A stretch of DNA of 64,000 nt, taken from the NCBI GenBank assembly GCA_965247095.1, contig OZ251997.1, forward strand, positions 480,001-544,000, written 5' to 3'. Shown here piece by piece: positions 19,987-29,747 of the stretch. The DNA comes from Candidatus Multivorans sp. GTDB lineage: Bacteria > Acidobacteriota > Thermoanaerobaculia > Multivoradales > Multivoraceae. How positions within the stretch are numbered: the stretch's first letter is position 1; every line of letters starts with the position of its first letter. The notes beneath the pieces were generated by a model. That model was given only the letters and a program-made list of their open reading frames with translations. It was not told the DNA's origin and did not search any database. The translations under genes were made by a program, and so were the position numbers.

Positions 19987-21603
19987 ATGGCTGAACCGGC
20001 GAGCGCACCGCCGTCCCCGGTCGAGCCCGCCGCCGCCGGGGAGCACGAGACGGTTCTGGTGCTCGATTTCGGCGGCCAGTACACGCAGTTGATCGCCCGC
20101 CGGATCCGGGAGCTCCAGGTTTACTGCGAGATCCATCCCTTCGACCTGGACGTCGACCGGATCCGGGCTCGGCGGCCGATCGGCATCGTGCTCTCGGGAG
20201 GGCCGGACAGCGTCTACGAGCGGAACGCGCCGCAGGCCGACCCGGAGGTTCTCCGGCTGGGCATTCCGGTGCTCGGCATCTGCTACGGGATGCAGTGGAT
20301 GGCTCAGGTCCTCGGCGGCCGGGTCGCGGCGTCGGGCCTGCGGGAGTACGGTCGCACCCAGATCACGCTGCTGGCCAGGAGTGGCGACTTCTTCTCGGGA
20401 CTCGAACCGGAGCAGAACGTGTGGATGTCCCACGGCGACCGGGTCGAGCGACTGCCGCCGGGCTTCGAAGCGACGGCGTCGACGTCCACCGTGCCGGTGG
20501 TGGCGGCTCAGGACCGTGAGCGGTCCCTGTTCGGTATCCAGTTCCATCCCGAGGTCACCCACACCGACAGCGGTCGCGAGATGCTCCGCAACTTCCTGCT
20601 CGACGCCTGCGGCGCCGCGGGGGAGTGGCGCATGGCCTCCTACGCTGACGAGGCGACAGCCGCGATCGAGGCCCAGGTGGGGCCCACGGACCGGGTTCTC
20701 TGTGCGATCTCCGGTGGCGTCGACTCGGCGGTGGCGGCCAGCCTGGTGCAGCGCGCCGTGGGGAAACGGCTGACCGCGGTGTTCGTGGACAACGGGCTGC
20801 TGCGCAAGAACGAACGCAGCGAAGTGGAGCGGCGCCTGCGTCGGGAGCTCGACCTGCGGCTGGTCGTGGTCGACGCCGCCCGGGAGTTTCTCGGCGTCCT
20901 CGCCGGGGTCACCGATCCGGAACAGAAACGCCGGACGATCGGCCGCGTCTTCATCGAGGTGTTTCAGCGCGAGGCGGAGAAGCTGGAGCGGGCCGGGGAA
21001 GGCGCCGGCGCGATTCGCTTCCTGGTTCAGGGCACCCTCTATCCGGACGTGATCGAGTCCGTCTCCGCCTTCGGCCCGTCGGCGATGATCAAGAGCCACC
21101 ACAATGTCGGCGGCCTGCCGGAACGGCTGGGCTTCGAGTTGATCGAGCCGCTGCGCTTCCTGTTCAAGGACGAGGTGCGCAAGCTCGGCCGGGAACTCGG
21201 CCTCGGTTCGGAGTTCGTGGGCCGGCATCCGTTCCCCGGTCCGGGCCTCGGCGTCCGGATTCTGGGCGACGTGACCGCCGATCGGGTGGCGGTGCTGCAG
21301 GAGGCCGACGCGATCTTCATCGAGGAGTTGCGCGCGGCGGGGTTCTACGACCGCGTGAGTCAGGCGCTGGCGGTGCTGCTGCCGGTCCACAGCGTCGGGG
21401 TGATGGGGGACGGCCGCACCTACGAGAACGTCGTCGCCTTGCGGGCGGTCGAGACCGAGGACTTCATGACCGCCGACTGGAGCCAGTTGCCGCACGAGTT
21501 CCTGGGCGGCGTGGCGGGCCGGATCGTGAACGAGGTCGCCGGCGTGAACCGGGTGGTCTACGACCTGACCAGCAAGCCGCCCGGCACGATCGAGTGGGAG
21601 TGA
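19987..21603 (+). CDS. guaA: GMP synthase (glutamine-hydrolysing)
   Basis: LDFGGQYTQLIARR, LGICYGMQ, QFHPEV, SGGVDS, IKSHHNVGGLP, KPPGTIEWE. Confidence 0.97.
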   Translation: MAEPASAPPSPVEPAAAGEHETVLVLDFGGQYTQLIARRIRELQVYCEIHPFDLDVDRIRARRPIGIVLSGGPDSVYERNAPQADPEVLRLGIPVLGICYGMQWMAQVLGGRVAASGLREYGRTQITLLARSGDFFSGLEPEQNVWMSHGDRVERLPPGFEATASTSTVPVVAAQDRERSLFGIQFHPEVTHTDSGREMLRNFLLDACGAAGEWRMASYADEATAAIEAQVGPTDRVLCAISGGVDSAVAASLVQRAVGKRLTAVFVDNGLLRKNERSEVERRLRRELDLRLVVVDAAREFLGVLAGVTDPEQKRRTIGRVFIEVFQREAEKLERAGEGAGAIRFLVQGTLYPDVIESVSAFGPSAMIKSHHNVGGLPERLGFELIEPLRFLFKDEVRKLGRELGLGSEFVGRHPFPGPGLGVRILGDVTADRVAVLQEADAIFIEELRAAGFYDRVSQALAVLLPVHSVGVMGDGRTYENVVALRAVETEDFMTADWSQLPHEFLGGVAGRIVNEVAGVNRVVYDLTSKPPGTIEWE

Positions 21604-21646
21604 CGGCGACCGCTGGCTGAGGGGCCGTCCTGGAGCGGCGCCCGGT

Positions 21647-22687
21647 TCAACGGTTCGCGATCGGCGCGATCCGGGCCGGGTCCTTGCGCAGCATGCTGGC
21701 GAGCCGCGCCTCCAGGCGGTCCTGCTGGCGCGGCACGGCCTCGGCGCCGCCTCGGGCGACCGGGAGCCAGCCGCCGGCGATCATGCCGTGGCCGCCGCCG
21801 CGGCCGCGGCGCCCGACCAGGCGGCGCATGACCCGGGAGGCGTCCGCTCGGGTGTTCGTGGTGCGGATCGAGCAGTAGACCCGATCCTCGTAGAGGCCGC
21901 TGCACAACGACCAGGTTCGGCCCTCCATGCGCAGCAGCAGATCGGCGATCTCGGGCACGATGTCGGGCTGGGAGACCGCACCGAGCCGGCTCATGACCAG
22001 GGTGTCCACGCCGCGAAGGTTGGCCAGGGCCTCGCGCAGAGTCTCGAAGTAGTTGAGCGGCAGCCGCGGGTTCTGAATCCGGCCCAGCAGGCGGGGCAGG
22101 GCGCGGGCGTTGAAGTGATCGTGGATCAGCCGGTCCGCCTCGTCTGCGCCGCGGGAGAAGTCGAGGGTCTCGCTGCGTATCGCGTAGACGATGGCGGTCG
22201 CTTCGCGGCGGGTCGCCGGAATCCCGGCGGCCAGCAGGTACTCGGCGACGATCGTGGCGGCGGCCGCGTAGTCGTTTCGCAGGTCGCGGAAGGGCGATGC
22301 CGACGTGCGCTTGCGGGGAGGGTGGTGGTCGACCACGACCTCGGGCGCCAGATCGTGAGGGACGGGGCTGTTGCCGGTCGCCGGCTGGCAGTCGACCAGC
22401 GCCACGTAGCGATAGTCCTCCAGTTTCACCTCGCGCGCCGGGGTGAACTGCATGCGGAGCGAGCGCACCATCTCCTGGTTCTCGGCCCGGCCGATGATGC
22501 CCCGGTAGGCGGCGGTGGCGCGGCGCTGGAACCCGGAGTGGAGGACCTTCGCCAGAATCGTCGCCGCGGTCAGGGCGTCCGGGTCCGGGTTGTCATGGGT
22601 GAGGACGAGCCAGCGCCCGCGCGGATCCGTGCTCTCGATGTGGCTGCGGAACGCGGCGAAGCGGTTTCGGGCCAGCTCACTCAGCAT
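21647..22687 (-). CDS. DHH/DHHA1 family phosphoesterase
   Basis: THDNPDPDA, LVDCQ, VVDHH, GGGHGMIAGG; start chosen at the ATG 7 nt after a TAGCAT -10 box. Confidence 0.85.
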   Translation of the reverse strand: MLSELARNRFAAFRSHIESTDPRGRWLVLTHDNPDPDALTAATILAKVLHSGFQRRATAAYRGIIGRAENQEMVRSLRMQFTPAREVKLEDYRYVALVDCQPATGNSPVPHDLAPEVVVDHHPPRKRTSASPFRDLRNDYAAAATIVAEYLLAAGIPATRREATAIVYAIRSETLDFSRGADEADRLIHDHFNARALPRLLGRIQNPRLPLNYFETLREALANLRGVDTLVMSRLGAVSQPDIVPEIADLLLRMEGRTWSLCSGLYEDRVYCSIRTTNTRADASRVMRRLVGRRGRGGGHGMIAGGWLPVARGGAEAVPRQQDRLEARLASMLRKDPARIAPIANR

Positions 22688-22770
22688 CCCATCCATGCTA
22701 GCGCCGCGGGTCGCCGGGCGCGCCGGCCCGCTGGCCGGCATCGAGGCGATGCAGCGTAGGATGCCCACCC

Positions 22771-23571
22771 ATGATCTCGGAGTTGTTCCATGTCGGCCCG
22801 CTGTCGGTTTCGCCCTTCGGGCTGATGCTCGTGGCCGCTCTGTTCATCGGCCACCTGCAGTTGCGGTGGGGCCTCCGGCGGGTGGGCTCGAGCGCGGCGC
22901 GGGCCGCCGACGACGCCGCGGCGATTCTGCTGGCGGCCGCCCTCGGCGGCATCGCCGGCGGCAAGGCCTACTACGCGTTGCTCTACGGCGATTGGCGTCT
23001 GCTCTACAGCCGCGCCGGCCTGGTCTGGTACGGCGGCTTCCTGGTCGGGGCGGCGGCGGTTCTGTTCGTCATCCATCGTCGCCGGATGCCTGCGTGGCGG
23101 ACCGCCGATGCCGCGGCGCCGGCGCTGGCGCTGGGCTACGGCATCGGCCGCATCGGTTGCCTGCTCGTCGGCGACGACTACGGCGCGCCGACGGACCTGC
23201 CCTGGGGAATGACCTTTCCGGAGGGCCCCATCCCCACGGTGGCGAGCGCCCTGCAGCGGGAGTTCGGCGTCGATCTTCCCGCCGGCGTGGCGCCGGACGC
23301 CCTGGTCGCGGTGCATCCCACCCAGCTCTACGAGACTCTGACCGCGCTGTTCATCTTCTGGTTGGGCCGGATGCTCCTGGTGCGGGGCACCGCCGCCGGC
23401 GGCGTCGTGCTGCCGGTCATCGGACTGCTGTCGGTGGAACGCTTCCTGGTCGAGTTCCTGCGCGCCAAGGACGATCGCTTCGTCGGAGCGCTGACCCTGG
23501 CGCAGTTGATCGCGGCCGCGCTCCTGCTTCTGGTCGTTCTGTTATGGCTGCGCCGCCGCCGCGCGTCCTGA
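22771..23571 (+). CDS. lgt: Prolipoprotein diacylglyceryl transferase
   Basis: GLVWYGG, GYGIGRIGCLLVGDDYG, HPTQLYE, RFLVEFLR. Confidence 0.93.
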   Translation: MISELFHVGPLSVSPFGLMLVAALFIGHLQLRWGLRRVGSSAARAADDAAAILLAAALGGIAGGKAYYALLYGDWRLLYSRAGLVWYGGFLVGAAAVLFVIHRRRMPAWRTADAAAPALALGYGIGRIGCLLVGDDYGAPTDLPWGMTFPEGPIPTVASALQREFGVDLPAGVAPDALVAVHPTQLYETLTALFIFWLGRMLLVRGTAAGGVVLPVIGLLSVERFLVEFLRAKDDRFVGALTLAQLIAAALLLLVVLLWLRRRRAS

Positions 23572-24386
23572 CCATCGCCGGCTCGGACTCCGGGGGCTGC
23601 TCGGGGGTGCCGGCGGATCTGCGGACCTTTGCGGCCTACGGGGTTCACGGCATGTGCGCCCTCACCGCGGTCACGGCCCAGACCGCGGGCGAGGTGCGGG
23701 CTGTTGAACCGGTGGGTACCGAGCTGCTGCGCCGGCAGTTGGAGGCGGCTGCCGAGATCGGCATCGACGCGATCAAGATCGGCATGCTCGCCGATGCGGC
23801 TACCGTCGAGGCGGTCGCGGACTGGTTGGAGACGCTGCCGCCGACGCCGGCGGTGTTGGACCCGGTGTTCCGGTCGACGTCGGGCGCGGCGCTTCTGGAA
23901 GCGGCTGCTCTCCCCCTGGTCGTGGAGCGGCTGCTGCCGAGACTGCTGCTGGTGACGCCGAACTTGTTCGAAGCGGAGAGGCTGAGCGGCATGGCGATCG
24001 GGGGCCCGGAGGATGCCCGCGTTGCCGCGCGGCGCATCGAGCGGATGGGGCCGTGTGTCCTGATCACCGGAGGCCACGGCTACTCGGCCGCGGCGGGGCC
24101 GCCTGACTGCGGCAACGGCGGCGAACTGACCGATCTCCTGTTCGACGGGAATCGGTTCGAGGCTTTCGTCCACCCCAGGATCCGAACCCCCTGGCGGCGC
24201 GGCACGGGCTGCACGCTGTCGGCGGCCATCGCGGCGGGTCTTGGCTGGCACATGCCGATCGAGCGGGCGGTGCGGCGGGCGGTCGCCTTCGTCGAGCGGG
24301 CGCTGCGGGGATCGTACCCTCTGGGCCGGAGCGATCGCCACGGCACTCTCGACCCGATGGCGGGGCATCGGGGCCGTCGCCTATAA
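23544..24386 (+). CDS. thiD: Hydroxymethylpyrimidine/phosphomethylpyrimidine kinase
   Basis: VLTIAGSDSGG, TAVTAQT, IKIGML, LDPV, TPNLFEA, GTGCTLSAAI. Confidence 0.92.
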   Translation: MAAPPPRVLTIAGSDSGGCSGVPADLRTFAAYGVHGMCALTAVTAQTAGEVRAVEPVGTELLRRQLEAAAEIGIDAIKIGMLADAATVEAVADWLETLPPTPAVLDPVFRSTSGAALLEAAALPLVVERLLPRLLLVTPNLFEAERLSGMAIGGPEDARVAARRIERMGPCVLITGGHGYSAAAGPPDCGNGGELTDLLFDGNRFEAFVHPRIRTPWRRGTGCTLSAAIAAGLGWHMPIERAVRRAVAFVERALRGSYPLGRSDRHGTLDPMAGHRGRRL

Positions 24387-24396
24387 TCGGCAGTCC

Positions 24397-26181
24397 ATGG
24401 ATCGACCATTCCACCAGACGCCGCTTCTATCCACCGTCGCCTTGACCGCCGGGTTGCTGCTGATCGGGGCGGTCGCCGTTCCGGCGCAGGAGAGTCCCTC
24501 CCAGGCGCCCTCTCAGACGCCTCGCGCCACCTTCGAGGAATCCGTCCACGTCAAGGTCGTGAACGTCCAGGTCTTTGTCCGCGACAAGGAGGGCAACCCG
24601 GTCACCGGCCTGACCCGGAAGGACTTCGTTCTGCGGGAGGAGAAGGACCCGGTCGCGATCACGAACTTCTACGAAGTCCAGGATCGGGTCAAGGTAAGCG
24701 ACGTTCCCGGCCTGGTGCTGGACGAACCCGAAGTCCGGTTCGTCGATCGGCCGGGACTGGAGCGCCGCGGTCGCGTGGTGCCCGAGGACGAGCGCCTCAG
24801 CCTGGTGATCTACATCGATCACCTGAACATCCGGCCCCAGAACCGCAACCGGGTGTTCCGGTATGTGCGCGAGTTCCTGCGCAAGGACGTGACGCGAGAC
24901 GACCGGGTCATGCTCTTGAGCTACAACCGCTCGGTGAAGGTCGAGCGGGACTTCACCACCGATCCGCAGATGATCGCGAACGCTCTCTATGAACTCGAGA
25001 GGCACACCGGCGGCAGGACGCAGTGGGACTCGGACCGCGCCGACATCATCCGCGACATCGGCGAGGAGGACCGCCACTACGAGTACGTGCAGGGCCGCGT
25101 TCGGATCTACGCGCAGTCGATCTTCAACGACATGCAGTTCACCATCGACGGGCTGAAGGACACCGTCATCTCGCTGGCCGGCCTGCCCGGCCGCAAGGCC
25201 TTCATGTACGTTTCGGACGGTCTGCCGATGCGGGCGGGCGCGGACATGTTCGAGGCGCTCGATCAGCGTGGCCGGTCGGTGGACTCGGGGAGCTACAACC
25301 AGAACTTCTTCCTCGATTCGCTCCAGTACGACTCGAGCCGGCGCTTCTCGGACCTGGTCGACGCCGCGAACGCGAACGAAGTCTCCTTCTACACCGTCGT
25401 CGCGGCGGGGCCGATGGGCATCAACTCGCGCGACGCCTCCATGCAGGGCATGGCGTTCTCGTCCAACATCGACTCGGTGGCCAGGGACAACGTGCACTCG
25501 TCGGTCATGTACATGGCCGATGAGACCGGCGGTCAGTACATCGTGAACACGAACAACTTCCGCGACGGCCTGAACCGCATCGCCCTCGACTTCACGAGCT
25601 ACTACTCGCTCGGCTTCCAGCCCGGTCATGCGGGCACCGGCCGAAAGTACAGGCTCAACGTCGAGTTGACCGACGAGGCGAAGAGGCGGCTGGGGTTGAA
25701 ACGGGACCGGTTCGTGAGGCATCGGCTGAGCTATCGCGACAAGTCGATCGATATGGAGATGACCGAGGGGACCCTGGCGGCGCTCAAGCTCGGTTACGAG
25801 AAGAACGATCTGGACATCACACTGGTCAAGGCGGACGAGATTCGTCGTGAGGAGCAGGGGCTCTACACCGTCCACCTCGATGTGCGGGTGCCGATCGGCG
25901 AGATGACGCTGGTCCCGGTGGGTACCGTCGGAGACCACCTCCTGCGGGCGCGGGTCTGGGTGCAGGCCCTGGCGTCGAACGGCGACATCTCGTCTCCCCA
26001 GGTCGAGCCGTTCGAACTCACCATCCCGGCCGAGGATCTGGAGCGTGCGCGGGAGAGCTTCTACACCTACACGTTGCCGTTGATCATGAAGGAGGGCGAT
26101 CAACGCCTGACGATCGCGGTGCGGGACGAGGTGGCCGGCCAGACTTCCTTTATCACCCGAACCCTGCGAATCGGCGCCTGA
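24397..26181 (+). CDS. Secreted VWA-domain protein (Acidobacterial VWFA-related family)
   Basis: Signal peptide; VVNVQVFVRDKEGNPVTGLTRKDF, LPGRKAFMYVSDG, MADETGG, SYYSLGF. Confidence 0.85.
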   Translation: MDRPFHQTPLLSTVALTAGLLLIGAVAVPAQESPSQAPSQTPRATFEESVHVKVVNVQVFVRDKEGNPVTGLTRKDFVLREEKDPVAITNFYEVQDRVKVSDVPGLVLDEPEVRFVDRPGLERRGRVVPEDERLSLVIYIDHLNIRPQNRNRVFRYVREFLRKDVTRDDRVMLLSYNRSVKVERDFTTDPQMIANALYELERHTGGRTQWDSDRADIIRDIGEEDRHYEYVQGRVRIYAQSIFNDMQFTIDGLKDTVISLAGLPGRKAFMYVSDGLPMRAGADMFEALDQRGRSVDSGSYNQNFFLDSLQYDSSRRFSDLVDAANANEVSFYTVVAAGPMGINSRDASMQGMAFSSNIDSVARDNVHSSVMYMADETGGQYIVNTNNFRDGLNRIALDFTSYYSLGFQPGHAGTGRKYRLNVELTDEAKRRLGLKRDRFVRHRLSYRDKSIDMEMTEGTLAALKLGYEKNDLDITLVKADEIRREEQGLYTVHLDVRVPIGEMTLVPVGTVGDHLLRARVWVQALASNGDISSPQVEPFELTIPAEDLERARESFYTYTLPLIMKEGDQRLTIAVRDEVAGQTSFITRTLRIGA

Positions 26182-26253
26182 CCAGCGTCTGACCGGGGCG
26201 TTACGGGTAGGCTGCCTGGAGGCTGACCCGGGGGCTGCCTGGAGGCTGAGCCG

Positions 26254-26721
26254 TTGAAGACCACGAAGATCGTCGAGTCGTTGAGCGTGTTGAGTGGGCT
26301 GGGAGGTGCTCTGGCGCGTTCCGCCGCGGCCCTGCTCGAAGCGGAAGTGGATCAACTGCGCTTCGACCTGGCGCGGAACTGGCGCCGTTTTCTGGGCCTC
26401 GTTCTGCTTGCGGGACTGGTGTTCGGCGTCGTCTTCTGGGCCCTCGGCGCGCTCCTCTTCGCGGCCGGCGCTGCCCTCGCGAATGTGCTGCCACTCTGGG
26501 CGGCCGCGCTGGCGGTCGCCATCGGCCTGCTGGCGCTGGCGCTGATTCTGCTCTGGATCGTCCGTGTCAGGGCGCGCCGTCTCGAATCGCCCGTCGGTAC
26601 CGTGAAGCGCCGCGTCGGCAGTCAACTGGCGTTCTGGCGGGACCTTCTGGATGAGGCCCTCGGCAAGAGCGACACGGCTTCGGATCGGGATCCCGACGAG
26701 TCGTCGGGAGGCGGATCGTGA
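26254..26721 (+). CDS. YqjE / holin superfamily III-like membrane protein
   Basis: Amphipathic N-terminus (LLEAEVDQLRFDL) and two TM helices (PLWAAALAVA). Confidence 0.7.
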   Translation: MKTTKIVESLSVLSGLGGALARSAAALLEAEVDQLRFDLARNWRRFLGLVLLAGLVFGVVFWALGALLFAAGAALANVLPLWAAALAVAIGLLALALILLWIVRVRARRLESPVGTVKRRVGSQLAFWRDLLDEALGKSDTASDRDPDESSGGGS

Positions 26722-26936
26722 GCCGCCGGTCGGAGGCGCGCCAGAGGGCGGCTCTGCTGGCGCGCCGGCGTGACGACACGAGAGAGGCCCTGGGGCAGGT
26801 CCGCAGGGCTCTCGGTGACGTGGGCGGGACCGACCTGAGCCGGGTCCGCACAGGGACAGCCTGGGTGTTTCTCGTGGCGGCCGGGGCTGTCGGGATCGCG
26901 ATCGCGTGGTCGCTCAGACGGTTCAGGAACAGGTGA
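26718..26936 (+). CDS. Small membrane protein (partner of the YqjE-like gene)
   Basis: GTGA overlap with the upstream gene; coiled N-terminus and one C-terminal TM helix. Confidence 0.55.
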   Translation: MSRRSEARQRAALLARRRDDTREALGQVRRALGDVGGTDLSRVRTGTAWVFLVAAGAVGIAIAWSLRRFRNR

Positions 26937-26951
26937 GGACCCTGTCGGGCG

Positions 26952-27722
26952 ATGGTCGCGCATCCTGTCGACTGCGCGGGTGTCCGGGGGGCGCCTGACC
27001 TGCGGTCCGCCGGCGCGTCTGCACGGCGGCTGCTGCTCTTCGCCAAGGCGCCGGTTCCCGGCGACGTGAAGACCCGGTTGGTCGTTCCAGGCGGTCTGAC
27101 CGCCAGTCAGGCCGCTTCGCTGCACGCCGCCCTGGTTGCCGACCTGAGCCGGCGACTCGAAGCCGGCCGCTGGGATCTGGTTCTGATGTGGTCGTTGTCG
27201 CGGGGGGATGATCCGCCTGCGGGCCTGGCGCCTGCGCGCGTGCCCTGGCGGCGGCAGCGCGGTGGCGACCTGGGCGAGCGGCTCTACCGCGGGCTGAAAT
27301 GGGCGGCGTCCGGCGCCGGATACGCGGCGGCGGTCGGCAGCGACCACCCCGACCTCGATCCAGCGCGGGTGGAAACGGCGTTCGATCTTCTTGCAGCCGG
27401 GCGCGACGCGGTCCTGGGTCCGGCTCGGGACGGTGGCTACTACCTGATCGCCCTGCGGCGCGAGGCGGTAGACCGTCGGTTGTTCGATGGACTGGCCTGG
27501 AGCACGCCGGCGGTGCTTCCCGAGACCCTGTCGCGCTGCCGCGAGTTGGGGCTGGATGTGGCCCTCCTGCCGGAAGGGGAGGACCTCGACACGGTGGACG
27601 ATCTGGCTCGATTTCAGGACGCTGTCGAACGCCGGCCCGAGTTGCGGTCTCTGTGCCCGCGAACCGCCGAGGTGGTCGCGTCCTGGTCCCGGTGTCCACC
27701 GGCAACGGAGGGCCAGGGGTGA
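26952..27722 (+). CDS. DUF2064 / TIGR04282-type glycosyltransferase-like protein
   Basis: LLFAKAPVPGDVKTRL, QRGGDLGERL, GSDHPDL, LGPARDGGYYLI, DLDTVDDL. Confidence 0.88.
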   Translation: MVAHPVDCAGVRGAPDLRSAGASARRLLLFAKAPVPGDVKTRLVVPGGLTASQAASLHAALVADLSRRLEAGRWDLVLMWSLSRGDDPPAGLAPARVPWRRQRGGDLGERLYRGLKWAASGAGYAAAVGSDHPDLDPARVETAFDLLAAGRDAVLGPARDGGYYLIALRREAVDRRLFDGLAWSTPAVLPETLSRCRELGLDVALLPEGEDLDTVDDLARFQDAVERRPELRSLCPRTAEVVASWSRCPPATEGQG

Positions 27723-29272
27723 GAGTCGTCACCACCGAGGAGATGCGGTCGGTCGAAGCCGCGGCGATCTCCAGCCTGAGCGTGCCGGCGCTGGTCTTGA
27801 TGGAGAACGCGGCCCGCGCCACTGCGGACGCCATTGCCGAGTGCTATCCGCGCGCGCGCCGTGTGGCCATCGCCTGCGGCCGGGGCAACAACGGCGGCGA
27901 CGGTCTGGCCTTGCTGCGCGATTTGACGACGCGGGGGTACGAAGCGACCGCCTTCATCGCCGGGCCGCTCGACAGGCTCAGCCTCGAAGCGACGCAACAG
28001 TTCGTGTCCTGCGAACAGCTCGGGCTGTCACTACGAGTGGTGACCGAGCCCGCCAAGTGCGACGCGGTGGGTGGAGAGGTCGACCTCTGGGTCGACGCGC
28101 TGCTCGGCACAGGGCTGAATCGGCCCGTCGAGGGCCCGGTGGCCCGCTGGGTCGACTGGCTGTGCAAGCGGCGCGGAGACGTTCCACTGGTCTCGGTCGA
28201 CCTGCCGACCGGGCTCGACGCCTCCGCGGCCGCGCCGCCTGGACCCCACGTCGTCGCCGACCTCACCGTGGCTCTCGGCTTTCCCAAGGTTGCGAACGTG
28301 CTGGCGCCCGCCTCCGACGCTGGCGGCCGGCTCCGGATCGGCGATCTCGGTGTGCCGCTGCCCGAACCGCCGCCGGGGCCCGAGGCTCTCTACCAGTCGC
28401 GGCGGGAGGATCTGGTGGGCCGCCTCGGAACGCGCCCGCTCGATGGCCACAAGGGAACGTTCGGCCATGTCGTCGTTGCCGGCGGAGCGAGCGGCTACAG
28501 CGGGGCCGTGGTCCTGGCGGCGCGCGCGGCGGTCCGGAGCGGCGCCGGGCTGGTGACGGCGGCCGTGCCGGAACACCTCGTCCATGTGGTCGACGCCGGG
28601 TCGATCGAGTCGATGACCCTGGGCCTGCCCTCGGAGCGCGGCGGCTGGTCGCGGGACGCGGTGGAGCCGTTGCTGCAGGCGATCGTCGAGCGCGCTTCGC
28701 CGGGCGCGTTGGCGCTGGGCCCGGGCCTCGGCCTGAGCGACGATGCCCGTGTTCTTGCCCGGCAGGTCCTGGCCCGGAGTGGAGCGCCCGTCGTCCTCGA
28801 TGCGGACGGCATCTCTGCCTTCGCCGGCGACGCGCGGGCGCTCCAGGCGCGCGACGCGGACCTCGTGATCACACCCCATCCCGGTGAGCTGGCGCGCCTG
28901 TTGGGCGTCGCGACCGATGCCGTCGTGAACGACCGCTGGGGACATGCGCGGCGGGCGGCTCGAGAAACCGGCGCCGTGGTCGTCCTCAAGGGCCGCCAGA
29001 CGCTGATCTCGGACCCCGCCCTCGGCACCTGGGTGAACCCGACCGGCAACCCGGGCATGGCCTCAGGGGGCAGTGGCGACGTGCTGACCGGCGTGGTTGC
29101 GGCGCTTCTCGCCCAGGGACTGGAACCGCCTTCCGCGGCGAGGTTGGGCGTCTACGTTCATGGCCTGGCGGGCGACCGGGCCGCCGCAACCTGGGGTGAG
29201 ACGTCGATGGCCGCTTCGGACCTGGTGGATGAACTCGGCTCGGCGTTCAAGTCGCTGGCCGGCCCGGAATGA
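27719..29272 (+). CDS. nnr: Bifunctional NAD(P)H-hydrate epimerase/dehydratase
   Basis: LMENAA, CGRGNNGGDG, DALLGTG, HKGTFGHV, LGPGLG, TPHPGELARL, GNPGMASGGSGDVLTG. Confidence 0.94.
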   Translation: MRVVTTEEMRSVEAAAISSLSVPALVLMENAARATADAIAECYPRARRVAIACGRGNNGGDGLALLRDLTTRGYEATAFIAGPLDRLSLEATQQFVSCEQLGLSLRVVTEPAKCDAVGGEVDLWVDALLGTGLNRPVEGPVARWVDWLCKRRGDVPLVSVDLPTGLDASAAAPPGPHVVADLTVALGFPKVANVLAPASDAGGRLRIGDLGVPLPEPPPGPEALYQSRREDLVGRLGTRPLDGHKGTFGHVVVAGGASGYSGAVVLAARAAVRSGAGLVTAAVPEHLVHVVDAGSIESMTLGLPSERGGWSRDAVEPLLQAIVERASPGALALGPGLGLSDDARVLARQVLARSGAPVVLDADGISAFAGDARALQARDADLVITPHPGELARLLGVATDAVVNDRWGHARRAARETGAVVVLKGRQTLISDPALGTWVNPTGNPGMASGGSGDVLTGVVAALLAQGLEPPSAARLGVYVHGLAGDRAAATWGETSMAASDLVDELGSAFKSLAGPE

Positions 29273-29709
29273 TCGTCCGCACCGGGAGCGCCGACGAGAC
29301 CCGGAGGTTGGGGGTCGAGCTCGCCGAACGGCTGAGGCCGGATGGCATCGCACTCCTGTTCGGCGACCTGGGTTCCGGCAAGACGGTCCTGACCCAGGGT
29401 ATAGCCGAGGGCCTGGGGCTCGACGCGGGGCAGATCCAGTCGCCGACCTTCACGCTGATTCACGAGCACGACCGCGGCCCGGCGCGGCTGGTCCATGTCG
29501 ACCTCTATCGACTGCAGCCGGAGGAGGTCGAGGGGATCGGGTTGGAGGAGTTGTTTGCAGGGGACGGCGTCAAGGTCGTCGAGTGGGCCGAGCGCCTGCC
29601 GTACCGCGTGCCGGCGATGGACGTCCGGTTGGAGGTCGGTCGTGAACCGGGGCAGCGGAGGATCGAGGTAACCGTTGCTAGAGTCCCGCCCCGGAGCCAG
29701 GGCGGCTGA
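29269..29709 (+). CDS. tsaE: tRNA threonylcarbamoyladenosine biosynthesis ATPase TsaE
   Basis: GDLGSGKT, QSPTFTLIHEH, HVDLYRL, VEWAERL; follows nnr. Confidence 0.95.
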   Translation: MIVRTGSADETRRLGVELAERLRPDGIALLFGDLGSGKTVLTQGIAEGLGLDAGQIQSPTFTLIHEHDRGPARLVHVDLYRLQPEEVEGIGLEELFAGDGVKVVEWAERLPYRVPAMDVRLEVGREPGQRRIEVTVARVPPRSQGG

Positions 29710-29747
29710 CGCCGCGGACCTACAAGAGGAAGCGAGAAGAGAGTTCC

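Noticed and set aside
26210-26249. 17-bp direct repeat GGCTGCCTGGAGGCTGA upstream of the YqjE-like gene
   Set aside because: Only two copies; it could be an operator or a local duplication containing the RBS, but nothing in the sequence supports a specific role.
26254-26936. Holin-like gene (and DUF5131 'phage Gp37/68') as evidence of a prophage
   Set aside because: No endolysin, structural, terminase or integrase genes; both families are common outside phages.
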